Below, in pieces: positions 29,058 through 39,370 of a stretch of DNA of 64,000 bases (position 1 is the first letter of the stretch; the number at the start of each line of letters is the position of its first letter). The stretch spans positions 2,559,715-2,623,714 of the forward strand of contig OZ245039.1 in assembly GCA_965224095.1 (NCBI GenBank), read 5' to 3'. Position numbers and translations under genes: made by a program. The stretch is from Flavobacteriaceae bacterium. GTDB lineage: Bacteria; Bacteroidota; Bacteroidia; Flavobacteriales; Flavobacteriaceae. Below the pieces are notes generated by a model. It was not told the DNA's origin. It did no database searches and was given only the letters and a program-made list of their open reading frames with translations.

Positions 29058-30728
29058 ATGACCGATCAGGAAATCGCCAAAAAAATCTCGCTGCAACATA
29101 TTAGCAATGTAGCTGAAAAATTAGGGCTTGATGCCAATGATATTGAAATGTATGGTAAGTACAAGGCCAAGCTCCCTCTTTCCATTATTAACAGGGAAAG
29201 AGCAGAAAAAAGTAATCTCGTACTGGTAACCGCTATTTCGCCCACTCCGGCAGGAGAAGGAAAAACTACCATGTCTATCGGGTTGTCGGAAGGGTTAAAT
29301 CAATTGGGCAAACAAACTACGGTGGTTTTACGCGAACCCTCATTAGGGCCGGTGTTTGGAATAAAAGGGGGTGCCACCGGCGGAGGCTATGCACAGGTAT
29401 TACCTATGGAAGATATTAACCTGCATTTTACAGGTGATTTTTCAGCAATTGAAAAAGCGCATAATCTGTTGGCGGCGGTCATAGACAATAATATTCAGAG
29501 CCGTACAACCTCTTTGGGGATCGATCCGCGTACTATTGCGTGGAAACGGGTGATGGATATGAACGACCGCTCACTTCGAAATATCGTAATCGGATTGGGA
29601 GGAACTACCTCGGGAGTACCCAGACAATCCGGATTTGATATTACGGCGGCCTCGGAAATCATGGCCATTCTTTGCCTATCGGAAGATATGGAAGACCTTA
29701 AAAAGCGACTTGGAAATATTTTTGTAGGATATACACTCCAGGACCGCAAACCCATTTATGCACGCGATCTGAATGTACAGGGAGCTATGGCAGCCCTGCT
29801 AAAAGACGCTATAAAACCTAATCTGGTACAGACCATAGAGGGAAATCCTGCCATTATTCACGGGGGGCCTTTTGCGAATATCGCTCAGGGGACCAATTCG
29901 GTCATCGCTACGCGGATGGGAATGTCACTCTCCGACTATACCGTTACCGAAGCTGGTTTCGGGGCCGATCTGGGAGCCGAGAAATTCCTGGATATCAAAT
30001 GCCAGAGTGCCGGACTCAAACCCAAAGCGGTGGTATTAACAGCTACTATCAGGGCCTTGAAATATCACGGCGGTGCCGACTTAAAACAACTTACGGAAGC
30101 CAATGTAGAAGCCGTTAAAAAGGGACTGCCCAATCTGGAAAAACACCTGGAAAATGTAAAGCAATTCGGAATAGAACCCGTTATTGCCATTAACCGTTTT
30201 GTTTCGGATGCGGATGAAGAAATAGAAGTAATACACGAATTCGCCAAAGCAAATAACGTACGGGTAGCACTGGCCGAGGTATGGGCCAAAGGAGGAAAAG
30301 GAGCCCTGGAATTAGCACAGCATGTGGTGGAAGTGGTGGAATCGGGAAACTCTGACTTTAAACCACTGTACAGCTGGGAAAGTGACGTAAAAACCAAAAT
30401 AGAAACCGTAGCTAAAAAAGTATATGGTGCCGATAGTGTGGAATATACCGCAACCGCCAGGAAAAACCTGAGAACCATTGCCAATCTGGGACTTGAAGGA
30501 TTACCGGTGTGTATTGCCAAAACCCAAAAATCACTGTCCGATAATGCCAGATTACTGGGGAGGCCCAAAGGTTTTACCATTACCGTTCGCGAAATAGAAA
30601 TCGCAGCAGGAGCCGGGTTTTTAGTTCCTATTACCGGCGATATGATGCGTATGCCCGGACTACCGGCACACCCCGCTTCGGAAAAGATAAGTATTGATAA
30701 CGAAGGTAATATTTCAGGATTGTTCTAA
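29058..30728 (+). CDS. fhs: Formate--tetrahydrofolate ligase
   Basis: Full-length match to the FTHFS pattern (PTPAGEGKTT P-loop, GGGYAQV, FANIAHG-like FANIAQG). Confidence 0.95.
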   Translation: MTDQEIAKKISLQHISNVAEKLGLDANDIEMYGKYKAKLPLSIINRERAEKSNLVLVTAISPTPAGEGKTTMSIGLSEGLNQLGKQTTVVLREPSLGPVFGIKGGATGGGYAQVLPMEDINLHFTGDFSAIEKAHNLLAAVIDNNIQSRTTSLGIDPRTIAWKRVMDMNDRSLRNIVIGLGGTTSGVPRQSGFDITAASEIMAILCLSEDMEDLKKRLGNIFVGYTLQDRKPIYARDLNVQGAMAALLKDAIKPNLVQTIEGNPAIIHGGPFANIAQGTNSVIATRMGMSLSDYTVTEAGFGADLGAEKFLDIKCQSAGLKPKAVVLTATIRALKYHGGADLKQLTEANVEAVKKGLPNLEKHLENVKQFGIEPVIAINRFVSDADEEIEVIHEFAKANNVRVALAEVWAKGGKGALELAQHVVEVVESGNSDFKPLYSWESDVKTKIETVAKKVYGADSVEYTATARKNLRTIANLGLEGLPVCIAKTQKSLSDNARLLGRPKGFTITVREIEIAAGAGFLVPITGDMMRMPGLPAHPASEKISIDNEGNISGLF

Positions 30729-30782
30729 ATCCGGGATACCACTTTTAATACGGTTTTAATAAGCTTTTACTTAAATACGGGT

Positions 30783-31520
30783 ATGGAAAAAGGTAAATCG
30801 AAAACCGATGTATTTAATGAAGAAACGTTTACGTACGTTCAAAGGTTTATTACAAAAAGAGCAGGTGATACCCGCGTTCTTGAAGTAGGTTGCGGTACGG
30901 GCGATTTTGCACTCAGACTCATGAAAATGGGAGTTTCACTCACGGCCTGCGATACCGATAAAACGGCGGTTGAACAAGCCTTAAAAAAGGGAGTCCCCGT
31001 AAAACACCTTGATTTTTTACAGCTCGAAAACAAGCCGTTCGATGTTATTGTATTTACGAGATCGTTACACCATATCCACCGGTTACACCAGGCCGTATCG
31101 CATTCAAAAACCTTATTGAAAAAAGGAGGACGGCTAATTGTAGAAGATTTTGATCTGGAAATGATAGATGGTCCTACTGCCAGATGGTATTACGATATGC
31201 GAATGTTAATGGCCGTATTTGCTAAGAATAGCGAACTCAATAAATATATTGAAGATCCTGTTAAAAAATGGAAGGAAGACCATCATCATGATCATCCGTT
31301 GCATACGGGAAAAGCCATGGTACAAGCTATTCAGGATGCTTTTAAATTAATAGAAATAAAACAGGGCCCCTATCTGTTCCGATCCATCTGTAATGTCCTT
31401 CCGCCGGATGAAACAAGCTATTACATTACAAAAAAAGTACTGGAAATTGAAAACGGATTAATAGCAAAACGCCATATTTTACCTAACGGACTCCGCGTGG
31501 TTGCCGAAAAAAGAAAATAG
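30783..31520 (+). CDS. Class I SAM-dependent methyltransferase
   Basis: Motif I VLEVGCGTGDFA. Confidence 0.85.
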   Translation: MEKGKSKTDVFNEETFTYVQRFITKRAGDTRVLEVGCGTGDFALRLMKMGVSLTACDTDKTAVEQALKKGVPVKHLDFLQLENKPFDVIVFTRSLHHIHRLHQAVSHSKTLLKKGGRLIVEDFDLEMIDGPTARWYYDMRMLMAVFAKNSELNKYIEDPVKKWKEDHHHDHPLHTGKAMVQAIQDAFKLIEIKQGPYLFRSICNVLPPDETSYYITKKVLEIENGLIAKRHILPNGLRVVAEKRK

Positions 31521-31585
31521 TATCTTTAAGTACCCGGATTTCAGGGAAAATGCAGAACTGAGAGATGCGGTAAAAGGGCATACAA

Positions 31586-32050
31586 TTGACGGAAATACTG
31601 AAAGGGATGAGAAAAGTAGAGGTAAACATACAAATTCGTACAAAACCAAAAAATGTAATCGAGGCATTTACCAATCCGAAAATGCTGAGTGAATGGTGGG
31701 GTGTTGAAAGAGCGTTGGTCGAAAAAAAAGAAGGCGGCCTTTACGTAATCACCTGGATGGTATCAGACAAGGGATTCGGATATGTGTCTTCCGGAAGAAT
31801 CAGAAAATATGATCCTGAAAAGGAATTGGTGATTTCCGATTTTGTTTATCTCAACCCGGAAAAACCTTTTTTAGGGCCTATGGAATTAGTTGTAAGAGCT
31901 TATGATAAAAACGGGATATCAGAAGTGTATCTGTGCCAGGACGGGTATCAGCGCGGTACGGATTGGGACTGGTATTACGAAGCGGTAAAAGAAGCATGGC
32001 CTAAGGTAATGCAGGAATTTAAAGAATATCTGGAGAAGAGAACAGTGTAG
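31586..32050 (+). CDS. SRPBCC/AHSA1-like domain protein
   Basis: Pattern IEAFTNPKMLSEWWG near the N-terminus. An alternative start is at 31607. Confidence 0.7.
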   Translation: MTEILKGMRKVEVNIQIRTKPKNVIEAFTNPKMLSEWWGVERALVEKKEGGLYVITWMVSDKGFGYVSSGRIRKYDPEKELVISDFVYLNPEKPFLGPMELVVRAYDKNGISEVYLCQDGYQRGTDWDWYYEAVKEAWPKVMQEFKEYLEKRTV

Positions 32051-32076
32051 CAATACCAGACAGAAACATGAGTTAA

Positions 32077-32472
32077 ATGAAACAGAATTCAGATACCCCA
32101 ATTGAAAACTTCCCTAAAATAACCTCCACCCAATGGAAACCGGATACCATCTCTATTTCCCACAGTATGGTTCAATGTAAGTCTCCGGGAAAGTTCAGCG
32201 CCCAAAACGGTTCCGATTCCGTTAGATTGCATTTTGGATTAAAAGGAAATTGTGTTTCTTTTACTATGTTTGATCCGACGATGGGATTACCGGATATACC
32301 GAAAAACTACATCCACCTTACCCATCAATTGGAAGAAAACAACACCGGAACTTTGGTAAGGACAATACAGGGTGATTTTTTAACGGTTGATAACGGTAAG
32401 AAGCGCTATGAAGAATCGCTGAAAGGTTGGGAAATGGTAATCCCGCTGATGAAAAAAACACTGAAAGGATAA
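32077..32472 (+). CDS. Hypothetical protein, possibly a chimeric or remnant ORF
   Basis: ORF only. The C-terminal part (TGTLVRT...SLKGWEMVIPLMKKTL) resembles the end of SRPBCC proteins, while the N-terminal half does not. Confidence 0.4.
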   Translation: MKQNSDTPIENFPKITSTQWKPDTISISHSMVQCKSPGKFSAQNGSDSVRLHFGLKGNCVSFTMFDPTMGLPDIPKNYIHLTHQLEENNTGTLVRTIQGDFLTVDNGKKRYEESLKGWEMVIPLMKKTLKG

Positions 32473-32494
32473 CCGATTAAAACTGTATTTTTTG

Positions 32495-33355
32495 ATGAAG
32501 AAAAACGCGATCAATTTATTGCTTGGAGTGGTGAGTACACTACTTGTAATGGCCCTCTTATTATATATGTTCTTTTTTGTAAATCCGTTTGGGATTTACG
32601 AACCTAATAAGCTCAAATGGATTCCGGTTTTAATTACTGCCGCCGGCTTTTTAATAAGCGGTTGGATTAATAGGGAGACACCGTGGAAATGGCTTCCCCT
32701 GTTGCTTCTTCCGTTGGTTGCTTTTAAGCCTTTTAATTTTTTGTATTTCCCGTTTTTCTGGATTCTTATTTTAACCGCTATCCTGGCACTGGTAAGTATG
32801 CGTAAAGACCTTTCGGCCCCCTATAAGAAATTGAGTGGCATAGCCCTTTTAGGGATTGGAATATTTTTCCTGTTCAATCAACCATTACTGATGGAAGGGA
32901 ATAATGCCGACGATACCCGGGAGGTGTGGAATTTTACGGAAAAAACCCGTTTAATACTGCCGGATCACGTCTTAACGAATAAAAATAATACCGATTTTAA
33001 CCTTTCCGAGCTTAAGGGGAAAACATATTTTATTACCTTTTGGGCAACCTGGTGTGCTCCCTGCTTAAAGGAAAAACCGGAACTGGACAAACTAAAGGAA
33101 CGCCTTAAAGAGCATCCCGACATCCGGTTTGTAGATATTTCTTTTGATACAGATCAGAATAAGTGGAAGCAATTTATTGAGAATAAGTCTCCTTCGGGAA
33201 TGCAATTAATTTCTAAAGACCAGCAAAAAACAAGCAGGGCACTGGATTTCGCAGGACTACCTATGCATTTTGTGGTGAATGAGAAAGGTGTGTACACCAA
33301 ATATAAGACCCTGGATGAGGCCAGAAAAAAAATATTACAATACGAAGTTCCCTAA
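32495..33355 (+). CDS. Membrane-anchored TlpA-like thioredoxin-fold protein
   Basis: Four N-terminal TM helices, then FWATWCAPC (CxxC). Confidence 0.85.
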   Translation: MKKNAINLLLGVVSTLLVMALLLYMFFFVNPFGIYEPNKLKWIPVLITAAGFLISGWINRETPWKWLPLLLLPLVAFKPFNFLYFPFFWILILTAILALVSMRKDLSAPYKKLSGIALLGIGIFFLFNQPLLMEGNNADDTREVWNFTEKTRLILPDHVLTNKNNTDFNLSELKGKTYFITFWATWCAPCLKEKPELDKLKERLKEHPDIRFVDISFDTDQNKWKQFIENKSPSGMQLISKDQQKTSRALDFAGLPMHFVVNEKGVYTKYKTLDEARKKILQYEVP

Positions 33356-33358
33356 TAA

Positions 33359-34036
33359 ATGAACCGGGTAGACCGATTAATGAATATCCTGCTGACGTTA
33401 CAGGCTAAAAAATTTGTAACGGCAGATGTCCTGGCCGAAAAATACGATCTCAGCACACGCACCATTTACAGAGATATTAGGGCTTTGAATGAAATGGGAG
33501 TTCCCATTTACTTTGAAACCAATAAAGGGTATACGCTTATGCAGGGATATTTTTTACCTCCGCTTTCGTTTACACCGGAGGAAGCAAATTCCCTGATCCT
33601 TTTAAGAACGCTTGCCTCTAAATTTGCCGATACCTCTATATTAAGGCAAACCGATACTGCCCTGGAAAAGATAAAAGCGGTTTTAAAATTTCACGACTGG
33701 AAAAAAACCGAAAAGATTGCTTCTAAAATGGAAGTATATACAGGAGCAGAAACCCGATCGGAAAACAACTTTTTAGCGGAAATCCAAAAAGCGGTTGTCG
33801 ACAAAACCGTATTGAATATTCAATATATTGACAATAACAATCAGAGAACCGAGCGAAGTATAGAAGCCATCGGACTGATTTTTTATACAAACCAATGGCA
33901 CGTATTAGCCTGGTGCTGTTTGCGCGAGGGATACCGCGACTTTAAGGTAAATCAAATTCAACAATTACAGACTACGTCAAAGGCTTTTTCCAGAGATCAC
34001 GATTATACGGTTCAGGACTATATTAAAATTTTTTAG
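33359..34036 (+). CDS. HTH + WYL-domain transcriptional regulator (YafY-like)
   Basis: N-terminal DeoR-type HTH (LAEKYDLSTRTIYRDIRAL). WYL-like core (IEAIGLIFYTNQWHVLAWC). Confidence 0.8.
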   Translation: MNRVDRLMNILLTLQAKKFVTADVLAEKYDLSTRTIYRDIRALNEMGVPIYFETNKGYTLMQGYFLPPLSFTPEEANSLILLRTLASKFADTSILRQTDTALEKIKAVLKFHDWKKTEKIASKMEVYTGAETRSENNFLAEIQKAVVDKTVLNIQYIDNNNQRTERSIEAIGLIFYTNQWHVLAWCCLREGYRDFKVNQIQQLQTTSKAFSRDHDYTVQDYIKIF

Positions 34037-34149
34037 AAAGCGCTTTTTACTGACATAGGGTTGTCACTCCCCCTGTTTATTATTGCGGCATGCAATATTT
34101 ATGTACAGCACTAAGTTGCTTTTATTTTTTAACCGTAATATCACAAAAC

Positions 34150-34692
34150 ATGGAAAATCAGAATTTTAGTATCCCGGAATTACATTTCGATGCCAATGGT
34201 GAATTGCTTACAGAAGCATCGCCTACCTCCTCAAAAGACGATTTTGATTTCTTTCAGGGCAAATTCAAACTGAAAAACAAAAAACTCAAATCTGTTTTTA
34301 CGAATTGTACCGAGTGGGTGGAATTCGAGTCTACCCAGGAAATGTATAAGGTACTGCACGGCCTGGGTAATATTGATAATTTTATAGCCATCAGAGACGG
34401 AAAACCCTTTGAAGGGATGACCGTTCGACTGTTTAACCCGGAAACGAGGCTTTGGAGTATGTACTGGGCCGATTCCAATCGCGGAACATTTGATCCGCCG
34501 GTGGTGGGCTCTTTTGAAAACGGAATAGGGTATTTTTTTACCAGAGATATTATTAATGGAGAAGGAGTGGTAGTTGTTTTCAGATGGGATGCCACCGATA
34601 AAAATCATCCGGTATGGAGCCAGGCGTTTTCCCGCGATCAGGGAAAAACCTGGGAATGGAACTGGTATATGTATATGACAAAAATCCACTAA
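34150..34692 (+). CDS. Conserved hypothetical protein
   Basis: ORF with a Trp-rich C-terminus. The ORF track starts at 34090; the ATG at 34150 is also possible. Confidence 0.6.
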   Translation: MENQNFSIPELHFDANGELLTEASPTSSKDDFDFFQGKFKLKNKKLKSVFTNCTEWVEFESTQEMYKVLHGLGNIDNFIAIRDGKPFEGMTVRLFNPETRLWSMYWADSNRGTFDPPVVGSFENGIGYFFTRDIINGEGVVVVFRWDATDKNHPVWSQAFSRDQGKTWEWNWYMYMTKIH

Positions 34693-34782
34693 ATTTGAAG
34701 AAACCGGGGGCTTTGTATAAAAACAGAGCCCTGCAATATTTCTTATTACCACCTAAAATAAATCGTAAAAAACCTGTCCGGA

Positions 34783-35136
34783 ATGATACAAGATAAAACT
34801 TATCTCTGCTACTGGATCTGGATCCCCGTAATACTCATTGCCGGATTTTGGAAAAACGATTTGATTGATATACATAACCATGACACATACTATGATATAA
34901 GCACATTCCACGCAGCAATTGTTGTATCGTTATTCCTTTTAATATCCGGGTTAGGGTATTTTATTTATAGAACCGGGTTGAATTCGGCACTTAAAAAAGC
35001 CCATGGTTGGCTAACAGCCCTGGGTTTTATGCTTTTAGTAATCCTGTGGTTTCTTCAATACCGTATTAAAACAAATGAATTGCAGGGGGAGTTTAGTTTG
35101 TGGAATACAAAAACCTGGAACAACAAATCGATATAG
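34783..35136 (+). CDS. Small membrane protein resembling a haem-copper oxidase subunit I fragment
   Basis: HDTYYDISTFHAAIV resembles the HDTYYVVAHFHYV helix-X motif of COX1. Three TM helices. Confidence 0.6.
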   Translation: MIQDKTYLCYWIWIPVILIAGFWKNDLIDIHNHDTYYDISTFHAAIVVSLFLLISGLGYFIYRTGLNSALKKAHGWLTALGFMLLVILWFLQYRIKTNELQGEFSLWNTKTWNNKSI

Positions 35137-35249
35137 TTTGGGCGCAATTGGCGGGATGGTTTTTAATCATCCTCGGGTTTGCCCTGTATATGATTAATAT
35201 GGCAAAGACAATTGTAAAAAAGTATGGGGAGCGTCCGCAAAACAATTAG
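35100..35249 (+). pseudogene. Possible frameshifted continuation (one more TM helix) of the preceding membrane protein
   Basis: In a shifted frame the sequence reads ...IVWAQLAGWFLIILGFALYMINMAKTIVKKYGERPQNN*. Confidence 0.3.
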
Positions 35250-35944
35250 AAACTGTGATGCAAACTTAACTGTAGCTGTGCTTTCCCCCAATTATCGGTC
35301 TTTTGATTCATCCAGCCCAGTTGCACCTTGACCTTATCGCTAAAGGTTTTACCAATCCCAAGATAGGTACGGTTACGGTCAAAGAGTTCCACTTCCCGTC
35401 CGTCGCCAATATCGGTCTGTCCATTAATAAACAGTTCGTTGTATAGCGCAATATAAGTAGCTCCCTTGCTCAGATCGGCCTGGTTAAGCGGAATATTTAA
35501 AAAGAGATTATAACGGTAGCGGGTTCTGAAATCCTGATTCTCTACCCAGCGCTGCTCATATCTGAATCTATGGGTAAAGTACAACCGCCCTCCTACCTTA
35601 TGAGGCATGAGTGCTTCCTGATAAATCCGGCTTTCCGTACTGGTATCATCACTGTCTCCCGGAACACCCGTGGTAATATGTCCGTATCCCAGGGTAAGTT
35701 TTATATTGGTGTTTTCAGGGCGATATGTAAACCCCGAACGTAAAAGTAATTGCTCCAGATCGCCTCCCAGGTTCCAGTTTCTGTACTGAATATCTCCCTG
35801 TACACCCCAACGGCTTTCCCCAAAGGAGGTATTGTAAAAATACATATACCAGGCCCCGGTTTTAGATTCTTCCACCTGGGCAGATAGGCCAAGACTAAAT
35901 AAACAACTCAAACATAATAGCAGTAAGTGATTCTTTTTAAGCAT
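35246..35944 (-). CDS. Outer-membrane beta-barrel protein (DUF2490-like)
   Basis: Signal peptide, alternating strands, terminal aromatic residue (LSLHHSF). Confidence 0.75.
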   Translation of the reverse strand: MLKKNHLLLLCLSCLFSLGLSAQVEESKTGAWYMYFYNTSFGESRWGVQGDIQYRNWNLGGDLEQLLLRSGFTYRPENTNIKLTLGYGHITTGVPGDSDDTSTESRIYQEALMPHKVGGRLYFTHRFRYEQRWVENQDFRTRYRYNLFLNIPLNQADLSKGATYIALYNELFINGQTDIGDGREVELFDRNRTYLGIGKTFSDKVKVQLGWMNQKTDNWGKAQLQLSLHHSF

Positions 35945-36084
35945 AGTGTCAATTTAAGGAAGCCCGAAAATAAGAAACAATCGTATTTTTTGCAAAACCA
36001 TTATGGGTAATAAAATCTTAAAATTTGAGTGAAAATCGCTGAAATCCACTAAATTTGATAGGAATCATTCCGAAAAAGACGATC

Positions 36085-36915
36085 ATGGCAACCCGAAAGT
36101 ACGAAGGAAGAAAGTTTGAAGCCGAGGTATCCAGAGATACCCTGGACGCATTGACGGTTGAAGAAGCTCTTCAAATTAATATTAATAATAAAGCCTTTAC
36201 GGTGTCTATGCGCACCCCGGGAGAGGATGTGAATCTGGTACGCGGCATGCTCCATGCCGAAGGCATCCTGAAAGACACTTCTTATAAACCGGATGTAGTG
36301 ATCAAAAAAGAAAACGAAAAAGGGGTAGTCACCATCGTCAATCTCAATATTCCGGAAGATCAATTGGGCGAAGGTTATAGCAACAGCCGAAGCCTCCTCT
36401 CGGTTTCATCATGCGGGATTTGCGGAAAAACAGAATTAGGTGATCTGGCTTTTCTGGGAAAGACCATCGATGATACGGTAAAAATTGATATCAACAGCAT
36501 TCACCATCTCTTTGAAAGCATGCAGGCACGGCAGTACGATTTCCGGCAGTCGGGAGGTACGCATGCCGCCGCTGCCTTTAATCTGAAGGGAGATCTGATC
36601 TGTTCTATGGAAGATATCGGGAGGCATAATGCCGTAGATAAGGTAGTGGGAAAATTGATCCTTGGCGATCAACTTAATGAAGCAAAGATATTAACCGTAA
36701 GCGGACGCATCTCTTATGAAATTGTGATAAAGTGTTTTAAAGCCGGAATCCCGTTTCTTGCTGCTGTATCAGCCCCTTCATCGCTGGCGGTAGATTATGC
36801 CAAGGAACTGGGTATTACCCTCTTTGCCTTTTGCAGAGATAACAGGGCTACCTGCTATGCACATCCCGAGCGAACCAAAATAACAACCAGTCAAAACGAT
36901 ACTAAAGCAAGTTAA
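36085..36915 (+). CDS. fdhD: Formate dehydrogenase accessory sulfurtransferase FdhD
   Basis: SSCGICGK motif and GGTHAAA block. The ORF-track start is a TTG; the ATG is at 36085. Confidence 0.9.
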   Translation: MATRKYEGRKFEAEVSRDTLDALTVEEALQININNKAFTVSMRTPGEDVNLVRGMLHAEGILKDTSYKPDVVIKKENEKGVVTIVNLNIPEDQLGEGYSNSRSLLSVSSCGICGKTELGDLAFLGKTIDDTVKIDINSIHHLFESMQARQYDFRQSGGTHAAAAFNLKGDLICSMEDIGRHNAVDKVVGKLILGDQLNEAKILTVSGRISYEIVIKCFKAGIPFLAAVSAPSSLAVDYAKELGITLFAFCRDNRATCYAHPERTKITTSQNDTKAS

Positions 36916-36920
36916 AATAA

Positions 36921-38582
36921 ATGTCAGATAACTTAAGCGAATTATTAGGAAGAAAAGGCGTAGAAGAAAGCCTCTTTGATAAAATGGGCCAACTGGCACA
37001 GCCACAGGGAACTCTTGATGAAACTACCCTGGCCCAACTGGCCGATGAGTTTCTGGTGGGCACCGCCAATACCTACGGCACTACCACCTTTTACGATTTC
37101 CTAAAACCCGAAAACAAAGGTAAAAAAGTATATGTATGTAACGGTACCGCCTGTCTCTGTGCCGGCACTCAGGAACCGCTGATCGACGATCTTAAATCCC
37201 ATTTTAATGCTGATGAGATCGGACATATGACCTGCCTGGGCCGATGCCATGAAAACAGCGCCTTTCACTATAACGGAAAAAACTATTCCGGATCGGCAAC
37301 CCGGAATCTAAAAGCGATCATAAGTGCTGAAAACAAGCTAAATACAGATCGTTATCATGTAGGCGTTCACGGCCCAGCCATTTTAACGAAGCCTTTTACC
37401 GATATCGATAGCTATTACGCTCCCTTTATCAAGGCCCTGAAAACCGATTCAGCGGAGGTGCTCGAGGAGATTAAGATCTCCAATGTACGCGGACGTGGAG
37501 GAGCGGGTTTCCCTATGGGGCTTAAACTGGAATTTTGCCGTAAGGAAAAAAACGACACCAAATTCATAATCTGTAATGCCGATGAAGGCGATCCCGGAGC
37601 CTATTCCGATCGCTATTTACTCGAAGAACGTCCGCATTCGGTATTATTCGGGATGCTGATCGCCGGTTATGTTACCCATGCCTCCTATGGCATTCTCTAT
37701 ATCCGGGCCGAATATCCCGAAGCAGTGACCATAGTGCAGGAGGCTATTGACGACCTACGGACCAAAGGACTTATTGGAAAAGATATTAATGGCAACGGTT
37801 TTAATTTTGATTTTAAGATCATCCAGGCGCAGGGATCCTATATCTGCGGTGAAGAAACCGCCCTGATCAGCTCTATCGAAGGGCAGCGTCCCGAGGTGCG
37901 GGTACGCCCTCCCTTCCCGGCTCAGAAAGGCCTGTTTAATAAACCCACTACTGTAAATAATGTAGAAACTCTGGCCGCATTACATTATATTATTTCCCAT
38001 GGAGGTGAAGCCTGGAAAAAGATAGGCACAGACCGCTCATCAGGGACCAAACTGGTATGCCTGGATAGCTTTTTTAACAATCCGGGGATGTATGAGGTGG
38101 AAATGGGAACTCCCTTATCTGTTGTGGTCAATGAACTGGGAGGCGGATTTAAATCACCCGTCAAAGCCATGCAGATCGGTGGTCCCTTAGGCGGACTTGT
38201 TCCCGTCTCCAAAATAGAAGAATTAAATGTGGATTTTGAATCCTTTTCAAAAGGAGGATTCCTGTTGGGGCACGCCTCCGTAGTATGTATCCCGGAAGAT
38301 TTTCCCATACTGAAATTTATAGAACACCTGTTTGATTTTGCTGCCTATGAGAGCTGCGGGAAGTGCTTCCCTTGTAGATTAGGTACCAAACGCGGACAGG
38401 AACTGGCCAGCAAGGCCTTGCAGAGCGATTATAAAATAGACAAAAAACTGTTTCACGATTTACTGGATACCCTGGAAAAAGGCTCCCTCTGCGCCCATGG
38501 CGGCGGGATTCCCCTCCCGGTACGGAATGCGATGCAGTATTTTGAGGATGAATTGAAAGGATATTTTGTTTCTAATTCCTAA
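36921..38582 (+). CDS. NAD-dependent formate dehydrogenase diaphorase subunit (fused NuoE-like 2Fe-2S + NuoF-like FMN/4Fe-4S)
   Basis: CNGTACLC...CLGRCH thioredoxin-like 2Fe-2S. GRGGAGFPMGLK. ESCGKCFPCRLG. Confidence 0.9.
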   Translation: MSDNLSELLGRKGVEESLFDKMGQLAQPQGTLDETTLAQLADEFLVGTANTYGTTTFYDFLKPENKGKKVYVCNGTACLCAGTQEPLIDDLKSHFNADEIGHMTCLGRCHENSAFHYNGKNYSGSATRNLKAIISAENKLNTDRYHVGVHGPAILTKPFTDIDSYYAPFIKALKTDSAEVLEEIKISNVRGRGGAGFPMGLKLEFCRKEKNDTKFIICNADEGDPGAYSDRYLLEERPHSVLFGMLIAGYVTHASYGILYIRAEYPEAVTIVQEAIDDLRTKGLIGKDINGNGFNFDFKIIQAQGSYICGEETALISSIEGQRPEVRVRPPFPAQKGLFNKPTTVNNVETLAALHYIISHGGEAWKKIGTDRSSGTKLVCLDSFFNNPGMYEVEMGTPLSVVVNELGGGFKSPVKAMQIGGPLGGLVPVSKIEELNVDFESFSKGGFLLGHASVVCIPEDFPILKFIEHLFDFAAYESCGKCFPCRLGTKRGQELASKALQSDYKIDKKLFHDLLDTLEKGSLCAHGGGIPLPVRNAMQYFEDELKGYFVSNS

Positions 38583-38958
38583 TCTCTAATTCCTGATTGG
38601 GTTGTTGGAATCATAGGGCAATAATTAGAAATGAGAAATTCGTAATTCGAAATTAAATAATAGGTGTTTCTGATTCCTAATCTCTAATTCCTAATTGGGT
38701 AGTTGGAGACAAAGGAGAATAATTAGAAATGAGAAATTCGTAATTCGAAATTAAATAATAGGTGTTTCTGATTCCTAATCTCTAATTCCTAATTGGGTAG
38801 TTGGAGACAAAGGAGAATAATTAGAAATGAGAAATTCGTAATTCGAAATTAAATAATAGGTGTTTCTGATTCCTAATCTCTAATTCCTAATTGAGTGGTT
38901 GGAAACAAAGGATAATAATTAGAAATGAGAAATGAGAAATTCGTAATTAAAAATTAAC
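38567..38958 (+). repeat. Four tandem ~98-bp palindromic (hairpin) repeat units
   Basis: Right-arm starts (aattagaaatgagaaatt) at 38623, 38721, 38819 and 38917. Units 38663-38760 and 38761-38858 are identical. The first unit overlaps the last four codons and the stop of the upstream gene. Confidence 0.9.
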
Positions 38959-38959
38959 T

Positions 38960-39370
38960 ATGGGAACCATAAAAAGTTTTGAGGACTTGAAAATATGGAA
39001 AGAAGCCAGAAAACTTTCTCGGGCTGTTTATGACCTGACCTACAAAGAACGTTTCTCTAAAGATTATACTTTAAAAGATCAGATTCGAAGGTCTGCAGGT
39101 TCGGTAATGGATAATGTTGCTGAAGGATTTGATAGAGATGGAACCAAAGAGTTTATACATTTTTTGACAATTGCCAAAGGATCATTGTCGGAAACCCAAT
39201 CACAACTCTATCGAGCACTAGATTTAGATTATATTGATAAAAAAGAATTCGAGGATAATCATGAATTGGCAAAAGATATTGGAAAACAGATTGGAGGTTT
39301 TATTAAATACCTTCGACAATCAACATATAAAGGAAATAAGTTTAAAGAACCTGATATAGATTATTTATGA
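38960..39370 (+). CDS. Four-helix-bundle protein (23S rRNA intervening-sequence protein / S23p family)
   Basis: Family hallmarks FEDLKIWKEARKL, QIRRSAGSVMDNVAEGF and FLTIAKGSLSETQSQL. Confidence 0.9.
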   Translation: MGTIKSFEDLKIWKEARKLSRAVYDLTYKERFSKDYTLKDQIRRSAGSVMDNVAEGFDRDGTKEFIHFLTIAKGSLSETQSQLYRALDLDYIDKKEFEDNHELAKDIGKQIGGFIKYLRQSTYKGNKFKEPDIDYL

